Source: Vulcanisaeta distributa DSM 14429 (GTDB taxonomy: Archaea > Thermoproteota > Thermoprotei > Thermoproteales > Thermocladiaceae). Taken from it: a DNA stretch of 32,000 nucleotides. Positions within the stretch are counted from its first letter, which is position 1, and every line of letters starts with the position of its first letter. The stretch lies in contig NC_014537.1 of NCBI RefSeq assembly GCF_000148385.1, positions 750,001-782,000 on the forward strand, written 5' to 3'. Below, piece after piece: positions 23,953-32,000 of the stretch. The translations under genes were made by a program, and so were the position numbers. The notes under the pieces are model-generated. The model was not told the DNA's origin and searched no databases. It saw only the letters and a list, made by a program, of their open reading frames with translations.

Positions 23953-24828
23953 ATGAAAATAGCAATATCGGTAAGCGATGGTTTTGTATCAGGACCTGGT
24001 GAGGGTGATGAGGTGTGGATAATTGACATTAAGGACGATGGTTCATACGAGGTTGTTGAGCGTTATGAGAACCCTGCAAAATACGCCCAGCAGGTTAGGG
24101 GTGTATTTATGTTAAGGAGCGTGCTTGATCACGGAGTCGATAAGGTAATACTTTCCGAAATAGGTCCTCCAGGTTATAGGTGGGCTATTGAGAAGGGGAT
24201 TAAAATATACATATTTGAGGGACGGGTTGAGGACGCAATCAGGGCGTTTATTGAGGGTAGGCTAACTGAAGCTCAGGGACCAACACATAGTGAGCATCAT
24301 GGGTATCACGGTCATCACCATCATAGGCATATCGAGGGCTTTGGGGAATATGACTTTCTTAAGCCCTACGTGAGTGGCGGCATGGTTATTGCTGACCTTG
24401 GCTGTGGTGAGGGTTATTACTGCAATTTCTTTAAGGATTATGCATCAAGGCTATATTGCGTCGACATTGATGAGACGGCAATTGAGGAGGTTCGTAGGAG
24501 GTTCAGTAATTATGGTAATATAACCATGCTTAATGAAGACATCACTCGCACATCAATACCAAGTGGTAGCGTTGACCTTGCATTCATGTCCAACGTGTTT
24601 CACGACATTGAAGATAAGGATGCAGCCGTTAGGGAAGTCGGCAGGATATTAAAGCCTGGCGGTAGATTATTAATCATTGAGTTTAAGAAGGACGTGATAT
24701 TTGGTCCGCCATTTAAGTTAAGCCCTGAGGAAGTTGAACATTACTTTAGCAAGGAGGGATTTGTTAGGGAAGGGTATGCCGAGGTATCTCCCTATCACTA
24801 CATGCTGGTTCTTAAAAAGGTAAGGTGA
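23953..24828 (+). CDS. fusion protein: NifX/NifB-C-like (dinitrogenase FeMo-cofactor-binding fold) domain, His-rich linker, and class I SAM-dependent methyltransferase
   Basis: The N-terminal about 105 aa (MKIAISVSDG...VWIIDI...VDKVILSEIGPPGYRWAIEKGIKIY) fits the small archaeal NifX-like family. His-rich run HSEHHGYHGHHHHRH. MTase motif I VIADLGCGEGYY, and LKPGGRLLIIEF. Confidence 0.7.
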   Translation: MKIAISVSDGFVSGPGEGDEVWIIDIKDDGSYEVVERYENPAKYAQQVRGVFMLRSVLDHGVDKVILSEIGPPGYRWAIEKGIKIYIFEGRVEDAIRAFIEGRLTEAQGPTHSEHHGYHGHHHHRHIEGFGEYDFLKPYVSGGMVIADLGCGEGYYCNFFKDYASRLYCVDIDETAIEEVRRRFSNYGNITMLNEDITRTSIPSGSVDLAFMSNVFHDIEDKDAAVREVGRILKPGGRLLIIEFKKDVIFGPPFKLSPEEVEHYFSKEGFVREGYAEVSPYHYMLVLKKVR

Positions 24829-24895
24829 GGTGCAGGTTAGATATATTTTACTATGGTTTAAATATAGGTATCAATAATTAAAAATATGATGAAAG

Positions 24896-25558
24896 ATGCC
24901 CCGCGAACCCAATTGGCTCATTCAGTACTTGGATATCATCAGTAAACTAAGGTTTACCTTATATAAATTTGAGAATGGTGATATTAATCATCAATTATTT
25001 ATTAATGAAGTAAATAAATCATTAATTAGTTGTGGATATGACCCTATTAAGATCGTAATATCTGACGTTATGACGGGCTTCTTTGGAGCTTATGCAGTCT
25101 ATACACCACGTAAACCAACACCCATCATATACGTGTCTACGGAGCTTATGAGGAAGCAAAGACCCCTATTTGGTAGGGTATTAATGCATGAGGTCTTTCA
25201 TCATGTGCTTTATCAAAGACCCCCATCATTATTATTTAAATTAGCGCCAAGGAGAATTGAACCGCTTATTCTCATAGCAATACCATTGGTAACTATTATA
25301 GCGTTAACAATACCTCTCAATATCGTGCTATATCAACTTCTACCTTACATTATTATTGCTTTATCAGTAACAATGTCGTCTATAACGGCCATATTAATAA
25401 AGGCTTTGAATGAGCATGAGTTAACGGCTACGGCGCTCGTCATATACACAATAACTGGCGAGTGGATTAGGGATTGGACGTATTATCACGATGAGAATGC
25501 GTTAATGAGTATCAAGTGGAAAGAATCAGTTATGCCTAGGGAGATTACTGCGGTATAA
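24896..25558 (+). CDS. membrane protein with HExxH motif (putative zinc metalloprotease-like)
   Basis: VLMHEVFHHVLYQ (HExxH followed by H), then hydrophobic helices (LILIAIPLVTIIALTIPLNIVLY, IIIALSVTMSSITAILI). A TATA-like GTTTAAATATA lies about 35 nt upstream. Confidence 0.45.
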   Translation: MPREPNWLIQYLDIISKLRFTLYKFENGDINHQLFINEVNKSLISCGYDPIKIVISDVMTGFFGAYAVYTPRKPTPIIYVSTELMRKQRPLFGRVLMHEVFHHVLYQRPPSLLFKLAPRRIEPLILIAIPLVTIIALTIPLNIVLYQLLPYIIIALSVTMSSITAILIKALNEHELTATALVIYTITGEWIRDWTYYHDENALMSIKWKESVMPREITAV

Positions 25559-25590
25559 AGAGTAAAAAGGCTAAGTAATTAAGTAGTCCG

Positions 25591-26298
25591 ATGATTAAGC
25601 TCGTACTACTCGATATTGATGGGACTCTAACGAAGAATAGGAATACGGAGGCCCTAGACCCGGACGCCATCGCCGCTGTTCAGGATATTACGGATAAGTA
25701 CGTTGTTGGTCTCGTAACAGGCAATGCCCTGATAGTTACCCAAGCCCTCTCATTATACATAGGTTTGCCTAAGGGATCTCCCCTCATTGCTGAGAATGGG
25801 TGTATCGTGGATTATAGGGGTGAGATTCATGAGTTATGTGAGGACTTGAACCTCAGGGAGGTTGCCCTGAGACTTATGAAGTTAATACCGGGTTTAAGGC
25901 CGACGTATCAATTTAATTATAGGAAGTTTGATATAACGTTATGGGCGCCCAAGGAGCCGCGCGAGTTAGTGGAGGTTGTTAAGGAGGAACTGAAAAGAAT
26001 GAATTTAGATAGTAAGGTAAGGGTTTCCCACAGTGGCTATGCCCTGCACCTTCAACCAATTAATTCAAGTAAGGCTGTGGCTGTTAAGTACCTATGTAAT
26101 ATAATGAATATACCCTGTAACGAGGTTGTTTACATAGGTGATAGTGACACCGACATTGAGGTGATGGATGTGGTTGGCTATGGGGTTGCCGTATCGAACG
26201 CAACCGACGAGCTCAGGAAAAGAGCTAAGTTAGTACTCGACAAGCCCAGCGGTAAGGGCGTTGCAGATTTCCTAAGAAATTACCTGCCCCGACTATGA
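25591..26298 (+). CDS. HAD-IIB (Cof-type) phosphatase, probable archaeal phosphoglycolate phosphatase type
   Basis: Motif I LLDIDGTLT, motif IV IGDSDTDIEVM. The size (235 aa) is typical of this family. Confidence 0.65.
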   Translation: MIKLVLLDIDGTLTKNRNTEALDPDAIAAVQDITDKYVVGLVTGNALIVTQALSLYIGLPKGSPLIAENGCIVDYRGEIHELCEDLNLREVALRLMKLIPGLRPTYQFNYRKFDITLWAPKEPRELVEVVKEELKRMNLDSKVRVSHSGYALHLQPINSSKAVAVKYLCNIMNIPCNEVVYIGDSDTDIEVMDVVGYGVAVSNATDELRKRAKLVLDKPSGKGVADFLRNYLPRL

Positions 26299-27018
26299 CT
26301 TCCCAAACATCATAAGTAAGTAATTATATGCACTCTCAACATTGAAGTTATTCCTAACAAAGTCCCTGAAATCATCGTACCTCCTAATAAAATCATTACT
26401 CAACCCTCTCATCACATCATTCCATAGGGATTTACCCAAACCAACATTCCCTGCTAATTCAATACTAAGTGGTACGTCAAGTGCCAGCGCTGTTATTGCG
26501 CAGTCAATAGCTAATTGGCATGTAACTAGTACATTCTTCAACTCATTTTTGTCGAATGTATTTATTAAGTATTGAATTAGTGATTGGGACTTGGCTATTA
26601 CGAAATCAATGGTCCTTCTAAGCATGGCCAGTGAAACCCTATGCACTACATTATCACTCATGCCCTGTGGTATAACCCACATGCTTATTAACTCGGGGTC
26701 ACTCATAACCCTTATTAGAGCGATCTCGCGTAACACCATGATCCTAGCATCATTCTCCTTCAATTGAAGTAATTTATTAGGTATTATGGATATTGCAACT
26801 TGCCCTTCCGTGTCGATGTATTTCACAGGCCACTCCTCATGGGTTACCTTTTCAAGACCGAGGAATTCCCTCACCCTGTTATGGTCATCTGTTATATAGA
26901 TAATCACATCATCGCTTGGTATATTAAGTTCTTCAAATGCCCATTTAATGACATTCACAACCTTATCCAGCTCACTGATTGGTATCTCTATTAACTGAAT
27001 AATCTCCACATCATGCAT
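26293..27018 (-). CDS. hypothetical protein
   Basis: 241-aa ORF with no recognised motif. Convergent 6-nt overlap with the HAD gene. Confidence 0.45.
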   Translation of the reverse strand: MHDVEIIQLIEIPISELDKVVNVIKWAFEELNIPSDDVIIYITDDHNRVREFLGLEKVTHEEWPVKYIDTEGQVAISIIPNKLLQLKENDARIMVLREIALIRVMSDPELISMWVIPQGMSDNVVHRVSLAMLRRTIDFVIAKSQSLIQYLINTFDKNELKNVLVTCQLAIDCAITALALDVPLSIELAGNVGLGKSLWNDVMRGLSNDFIRRYDDFRDFVRNNFNVESAYNYLLMMFGKS

Positions 27019-27090
27019 TGTTCGTTGAGGTTAATATTCCTTAATTGGCAGGGTAAAGATACAAGTGAGAATCTTAAACAGTGGTAAAAG

Positions 27091-27099
27091 CTTTTAAAG
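27091..27099 (+). promoter_or_regulatory. TATA-like box CTTTTAAAG
   Basis: Centred about 28 nt upstream of ATG 27123. Confidence 0.4.
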
Positions 27100-27122
27100 G
27101 AATTGTACCCCTGCTATCACTA

Positions 27123-28754
27123 ATGGTATTACCAAAGTACGATGTTGTGTTGACGACAGATCGTTCAATGATGAGTAATTATCACGGTAAGGAGTTCCTG
27201 GGCTTTGTAACTACAGGGCCATTATTCATAACGGTAGGCCCATTCAAGAAGCTTGGTGAGTGGATTCACGAGTATATAGCAATGCCTAAAATGAAGGTTG
27301 ATAAGTATGGTAGACCCTTCCAGGCGCCCTACGGCATGAGGAAGATAGAGGCGGCGCTACTTGACGCTGGAATTAACGCGGCAATAATCGACCCAGACCA
27401 CGTGCATAAGTACATACCCAACGCCAAGATACTCATGCTCAGCCATCATGATTACTTCGGGCTTAATCCACCATCATCGACTTGGTCAGCCATTGTAGGC
27501 AGGGAACCACTCAATGCATATTCATTTAGGAGATTCATGATGAGGATTAGGCCGTACATAATGGATGCCAAGAGCAGGAATGGACTTAAGGTTGTGGTTG
27601 GTGGGCCATCAGCATGGCAGTGGTTATACCTACCAGAGTTAATGGACTTCTTTGGTGTTGACACGGTATTTGACGGTGAGGGTGAGAGATTAGTTGTTGA
27701 TCTTGTGAAGAGGATTCTTAATAATGAGCCCGTTCCTCGTTACATATATGTTGGTGTAAATGATGTGCCAAGCATCGACGAAATACCAACGATAAAGTAC
27801 CCAGCGGTTAATGGTTTTGTTGAGATTGGGAGAGGTTGTCCGAGGGGCTGTGCCTTCTGCTCAGTAACACTGAGACCACTTAGGTGGTATCCGCTTGAGA
27901 AGATCGAGGAGGAGTTGAAGCTACATGTTAAGTACGGTATTGTACATGGCTTAATACATTCTGATGACGTACCATTATACGGATCCACAGGCGTTGAGCT
28001 TAATCCCGATAAACTGATTAAACTGCATCAACTCGTCAAGAGATATTACCTAACAATGGCCTGGAGCCACACCACATTGGCATCAGTCCTGGTGGCTGAG
28101 AAGAAGTATAATAGATTGGCTACGAAGATTGCTGAGATAATTGAGGATGAGCACCAGGATTGGTGGGGTGCCCAGGTAGGTCTTGAGACGGGTTCAAGAA
28201 GGTTAGCTAAGGCCATAATGCCTGGTAAAGCAGCGCCGTTTAAGATTGAGGATTGGTGGGATGTCGTTGAGGAGGCATTGGGCGTTATGCACGACATCAA
28301 ACTTATACCTGCCCTAACGGTGATTGTAGGATTGCCTGGGGAGACTGAGGATGATGTTATGGAGACAATAGAACTACTCGATAGAATAAGGCCCTACAGG
28401 AGCTTGGTGGTACCCATGTTCTATGTACCCATGAATCACATTAGGGCTGAGAAGGATGGTTGGATAATTAAGTACAACCTAATGCCTGAGCACATTGAAT
28501 TACTGAAGAAGATGTTTGAACATAGTATTTATTGGGCTAAGGACATCGTGAACCACTTCTACCTAAGGGGTCCGCAGTACTGGCCCGTTAGAGTTGCCGT
28601 TAATTACTTCATGAATTACGTGGAGAGGAGGGTTAGGGCCTTATATGATAGGTTCGACCAAATAGCCGCTGAAATTAAGAATAAGAAGCTCGTATCGAAG
28701 GTAGAGGCTCCTAAGCTCATGGAGTTATACACTTCATCTAGTGAGGAGGATTAA
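27123..28754 (+). CDS. radical SAM domain protein (with N-terminal B12-binding-like/Rossmann-like region)
   Basis: CPRGCAFC (CxxxCxxC) cluster at GRGCPRGCAFCSV. Track ORF starts at GTG 27081; I prefer ATG 27123 given the TATA box. Confidence 0.7.
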   Translation: MVLPKYDVVLTTDRSMMSNYHGKEFLGFVTTGPLFITVGPFKKLGEWIHEYIAMPKMKVDKYGRPFQAPYGMRKIEAALLDAGINAAIIDPDHVHKYIPNAKILMLSHHDYFGLNPPSSTWSAIVGREPLNAYSFRRFMMRIRPYIMDAKSRNGLKVVVGGPSAWQWLYLPELMDFFGVDTVFDGEGERLVVDLVKRILNNEPVPRYIYVGVNDVPSIDEIPTIKYPAVNGFVEIGRGCPRGCAFCSVTLRPLRWYPLEKIEEELKLHVKYGIVHGLIHSDDVPLYGSTGVELNPDKLIKLHQLVKRYYLTMAWSHTTLASVLVAEKKYNRLATKIAEIIEDEHQDWWGAQVGLETGSRRLAKAIMPGKAAPFKIEDWWDVVEEALGVMHDIKLIPALTVIVGLPGETEDDVMETIELLDRIRPYRSLVVPMFYVPMNHIRAEKDGWIIKYNLMPEHIELLKKMFEHSIYWAKDIVNHFYLRGPQYWPVRVAVNYFMNYVERRVRALYDRFDQIAAEIKNKKLVSKVEAPKLMELYTSSSEED

Positions 28755-28755
28755 G

Positions 28756-29298
28756 TTAAGGTCTCATTAATTCCTGCATTTTTATTAATTCGTGTTTTGT
28801 AAATATTACCCTGGCATCGTTAATGCCTACGTTCTTAAAGGTCTCAAAGCTCTCCCACGGGTATATTATGTAAACCCAATTAATCCATTTATAAGCGTAG
28901 TAATCAGGTACGTACTTACTCGACATCGCTTTATAGTCCAGTACGGCAGTCTTAACTTCCTTGGCGCCAAGTCTAATCAATATTTCCTTAGCGGTATTTA
29001 GCGTCATTCCAGTGTCACTGACGTCGTCAATCAATAATACACTGAGGTTTTTAACGTCAATACTCGGTCCATACTTAATAACAACATCATCCTTAGCCTT
29101 ACCGAAGCCCCAATGAGATAACTGCATGAGGTCGGCGGGCACCCCAAGCATGTCAGACATTAACGATGCAATCACAACACCACCTTTGGAAATACCTATT
29201 AGTACATCGGGTTGATAACCACTTTTAACAACATCCTGGACTAATTTTAGGACGCCCCTTTCGATATCTTCCCACTTATACCGGTGATAATCCGCCAT
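28756..29298 (-). CDS. purine phosphoribosyltransferase (hypoxanthine/xanthine-guanine PRT-like)
   Basis: PRPP-binding motif VLLIDDVSDTGMTL. 180 aa. Confidence 0.75.
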   Translation of the reverse strand: MADYHRYKWEDIERGVLKLVQDVVKSGYQPDVLIGISKGGVVIASLMSDMLGVPADLMQLSHWGFGKAKDDVVIKYGPSIDVKNLSVLLIDDVSDTGMTLNTAKEILIRLGAKEVKTAVLDYKAMSSKYVPDYYAYKWINWVYIIYPWESFETFKNVGINDARVIFTKHELIKMQELMRP

Positions 29299-29432
29299 TA
29301 TGACTTGTGGTAAGGGTGGGTTTATAAACCAATCGTTTTACGTACTTAAATAAATATCGCATTCACGATGCCGTAAGCCAGGGCACCTAAGGTATTTATG
29401 GGTTACTACTAAGTAAATAATGAATAGGCTAA

Positions 29433-29948
29433 ATGGTTGATAGGTATCAAGCAATGATGATCTTGGGAGCATTACTAATAATAGTCTCATCAATACCAAT
29501 TTATTACTCACATCAGGAGTCATCGATTTCGTACAGCCACGTTAATGCAACGACATGTATAAGGGTTCTTGAGAGCATTATTAATGGATCCCTAACCAGC
29601 GATGAAATAAAGGGAGTCATAAAGTCCATGGGCCAGTCATTGTTAATTTCAATCGAAGTAAATGTGGAGTATACTAATGGATCAAGCGCGACCTACGGCT
29701 ACTACGTACCGATTGGGACAGGCGGTGTGGCAATAACGCCCATGGTGTCAGGCAATATTGAGATCTTCGGTAGATTTCACTGCGCGTATGTGGGTAATAA
29801 TTATGTGATCAATGTGTACATTGGTCAATATGTGATGGCGCTTTACCTGTTTAGTATTGGTATAGTGTTTATAATAATGGGCTTTGCATTAATTGCTTTA
29901 GGTGATTATTTAAGGGATAGGTACACGCGTCGTATTTCACGTGGCTAA
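29433..29948 (+). CDS. membrane-anchored hypothetical protein
   Basis: 171 aa with N- and C-terminal TM helices (MMILGALLIIVSSIPIYY; MALYLFSIGIVFIIMGFALIAL). Confidence 0.45.
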   Translation: MVDRYQAMMILGALLIIVSSIPIYYSHQESSISYSHVNATTCIRVLESIINGSLTSDEIKGVIKSMGQSLLISIEVNVEYTNGSSATYGYYVPIGTGGVAITPMVSGNIEIFGRFHCAYVGNNYVINVYIGQYVMALYLFSIGIVFIIMGFALIALGDYLRDRYTRRISRG

Positions 29949-30021
29949 TAGTTCATAGTTAGAGGTTGTGGAATCTACGTTGGTAAATAGGTTTATTAAT
30001 AACCTATCCTAATTTATTATA

Positions 30022-30861
30022 ATGTATATGCAATTACCACTTCATGTGTTGCTTCAAGTAGGTACGATAGTGCTGGCGATAGTCCTCACGATAATACTAC
30101 TAATAATAGTCATATCGATACTCGCATACTCCATTAGAATAGTTCCTGAGTACCAAAGGATCGTTAAGCTAAGGCTTGGCAAGTATAAGGGTATTTACGG
30201 ACCTGGTATCGTCTTTATAATACCCGTTATTGATAGGCCAATAACGATGGATCTTAGGGTTATTTCGATTGACTTATCAAGCCAAAGAGCCCTGACTAAG
30301 GATAATGTTGAGGTTACGATAGACGCCGCAGTCTACATGAGGGTCATTGATGCCGCCAAGGCCGTGCTTTCAGTGACTGATTATAGAAGTGCCACGGCTA
30401 CGCTCGGCGCGGCCGTTTTGAGGGATGTCATTGGCATGGTTGACCTGGACACACTGCTCACGCAGAGGGAGGAGGTCGCTAAGAAGATTGCCTCGATAAT
30501 TGACGAGCACGTTAGTCCATGGGGCGTTAAAGTAACGGCGGTCGCAATAAAGGACATAAAGTTACCGGACACCCTGATTAGGGCCATGGCTGCTCAGGCA
30601 GAAGCTGAGAGGATGAGGAGGGCTAAGGTTATATTGGCCCAGGCGGATTATGAGGCATCGCAGATGTATCTCAAAGCTGCCGAGACCTATAATAAGAACC
30701 CAATATCATTAACGCTTAGGCAACTCGATACCCTACTTGAGGTTGCTAAGGAACATAACCTAATATTGGTTGTACCCAGTTCCCTTGAGGTAACCACATT
30801 GTCAACGCTGGCAGCTGCGGCGTTAAAGAAGCAACAGGAGGGTTCAAGCGCCACGCAGTAG
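30022..30861 (+). CDS. SPFH/band-7 (stomatin-like) protein
   Basis: N-terminal TM helix, then EYQRIVKLRLGKYKGIYGPGIVFIIPVIDR and a C-terminal AQAEAERMRRAKV coiled region, typical of prokaryotic stomatins. Confidence 0.85.
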   Translation: MYMQLPLHVLLQVGTIVLAIVLTIILLIIVISILAYSIRIVPEYQRIVKLRLGKYKGIYGPGIVFIIPVIDRPITMDLRVISIDLSSQRALTKDNVEVTIDAAVYMRVIDAAKAVLSVTDYRSATATLGAAVLRDVIGMVDLDTLLTQREEVAKKIASIIDEHVSPWGVKVTAVAIKDIKLPDTLIRAMAAQAEAERMRRAKVILAQADYEASQMYLKAAETYNKNPISLTLRQLDTLLEVAKEHNLILVVPSSLEVTTLSTLAAAALKKQQEGSSATQ

Positions 30862-30870
30862 TGAGCCACC

Positions 30871-32000
30871 ATGAAGCTAAGGCATGGGTTAGCAATCCTA
30901 TTAATTATTGCTGCATTATTAATGGCAATATTAACACGCATGTCAATCGCTGGTTCTAGCGCGTACGTGATTCATGAGGTGTACGTGTTCAACCTTAATG
31001 GCGAAATAACCGACTTAACATATGAGGAATTACAAAATGCACTGCAGCTTGCGGAGTCAACCCCTAACTCGGCATTATTAATAATCCTGGAAACGCCAGG
31101 TGGGGAGTTAGATGCGGCATTAAATATAGTGTCGAGTATTGAAAATGCGAAGATACCGGTAATAGGCTTTGTCTACCCCACAGGTTCATACGCATGGTCT
31201 GCAGGGACACTCGTCCTTATGTCAACCACGATAGCCGCCATGGCGCCAGGCACGGTAATAGGCTCCTGCCAACCCGTCGAGATAAACCCAATAACTGGTC
31301 AAGAGATATTCATAAATGAGAGTAAGATACTCAATGCAATTAGTCAGTACTTCGTGGAGGTTGCTGAGTTTAGGGGTAGAAATGCAACCTTCGCCCACGA
31401 CTGTGTGTTTTATAATACGAACCTTGGTCCTGAGGAGGCGCTTAAGTACAATGTTATAAACTTCGTAGCCACTGACATAAGTTCGCTGCTTAGTGAGGTG
31501 AATGGTAGCACGATAAATGGTGTTACGTACTACGTGATTAACCCCACTATTACCTATTACCAACCAGGCATTGGTTATCAGGTTTATGAGGCTTTGATTA
31601 ACCCCACAATACAGGACCTACTGGCTGGGTTAGGGCTTCTACTTGCCATTATCGGCTTCGCCACTAGGCATTATTACTTGGCTGGGGTTGGCATTATACT
31701 GATGATTATACCCATGCTAACGGGATTATCCATTAACTGGCTCGGCCTGGCATTACTGATTATTGGTTTAGCGGCAATAGCCATTGACGTACACGCGGGT
31801 TTCACGACGCACGCAGCATTATTCATAGCGGGTATAATACTCACGGCGTTAGGCATCATACTTCTCCAACCAACATATACTCCCCAGTCTTGGTTGATAG
31901 CCGCAAACCAGGTTGAGGCTAGGGTAGTCCTGTACACATTGATAGCCTTTGTTGGTGGGTTTGGCGGTTTCATAGCAGCTAAGGTAATAGGCATAATAAG
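30871..32000 (+). CDS. NfeD-type membrane-bound ClpP-class serine protease (partial, continues past window end)
   Basis: Not in the ORF track because no stop falls in the window. I translated the frame from ATG 30871 and it stays open to position 32000. Signal/TM MKLRHGLAILLIIAALLMAIL, then ILETPGGELDAALNIV and SYAWSAGTLVLM (ClpP-like Ser), followed by TM helices. It starts 9 nt after the stomatin gene, the classic stomatin/NfeD pairing. Confidence 0.8.
   Translation, partial: MKLRHGLAILLIIAALLMAILTRMSIAGSSAYVIHEVYVFNLNGEITDLTYEELQNALQLAESTPNSALLIILETPGGELDAALNIVSSIENAKIPVIGFVYPTGSYAWSAGTLVLMSTTIAAMAPGTVIGSCQPVEINPITGQEIFINESKILNAISQYFVEVAEFRGRNATFAHDCVFYNTNLGPEEALKYNVINFVATDISSLLSEVNGSTINGVTYYVINPTITYYQPGIGYQVYEALINPTIQDLLAGLGLLLAIIGFATRHYYLAGVGIILMIIPMLTGLSINWLGLALLIIGLAAIAIDVHAGFTTHAALFIAGIILTALGIILLQPTYTPQSWLIAANQVEARVVLYTLIAFVGGFGGFIAAKVIGII

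Noticed and set aside
24886-24960. AUGAUGA (C-box-like) just upstream of ATG 24896. Similar hits lie inside ORFs at about 27166, 27538 and 29455.
   Set aside because: No CUGA D box lies within about 60 nt downstream, and most hits are inside well-supported coding sequence.
31222-31994. Track ORFs 31222..31563 (-) and 31674..31994 (-)
   Set aside because: They are antisense to the NfeD-type protease frame, which is open from 30871 to the window end and has clear family motifs. They are shadow ORFs.
1-32000. CRISPR arrays, rRNA genes, IS elements with transposases
   Set aside because: No regularly spaced direct repeats, rRNA-like conserved blocks or transposase motifs were seen on either strand.

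Overview
The window looks like a compact crenarchaeal chromosome, probably Thermoproteales (Caldivirga/Vulcanisaeta-like). This is inferred from a Cren7 chromatin gene, a tRNA carrying two introns (one at a non-canonical T-loop position), genomically encoded CCA ends, and TATA-like boxes about 25-35 nt upstream of start codons, which suggests leaderless mRNAs. All homology calls rest on motif recognition by eye; no searches were run. Most of the window (1-3510 and 8942-32000) is tightly packed housekeeping. Recognisable genes there are HIT hydrolase, MoeA, an MFS transporter, indolepyruvate:ferredoxin oxidoreductase IorAB, a large glycosylated surface protein, a Gfo/Idh/MocA oxidoreductase, tRNA-Val, ABCE1, a PAP2 phosphatase, TrmI, proteasome alpha, a radical SAM enzyme, a purine PRTase and a stomatin/NfeD pair. 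The unusual part is about 5.4 kb between moeA and the MFS gene (3511-8941). It has about 1.3 kb of non-coding DNA and extreme strand-asymmetric low-complexity tracts: nearly A/C-only at 4530-4691 and nearly C-free at 6351-6480. It also holds tRNA-Tyr(GTA) with two similar introns, directly abutted by a very AT-rich 498-aa ORF with two LAGLIDADG-like motifs, followed by cren7 and tRNA-Gln(CTG). A degenerate direct copy of the tRNA-Gln 3' half lies 1.7 kb downstream at 8611-8644. The repeats bracket a lower-GC two-gene cassette: a Panacea/DUF4065-like protein followed by an atypical PIN-like protein. I read this as an integrase-less remnant of a tRNA-targeted integrated element carrying a candidate toxin-antitoxin or defence pair, and it is my best candidate for something new. 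Secondary candidates are a NifX-like/His-rich/methyltransferase fusion and a translationally coupled pair of unknown proteins divergent from an RHH regulator. No CRISPR array, rRNA or intact integrase/transposase was seen.
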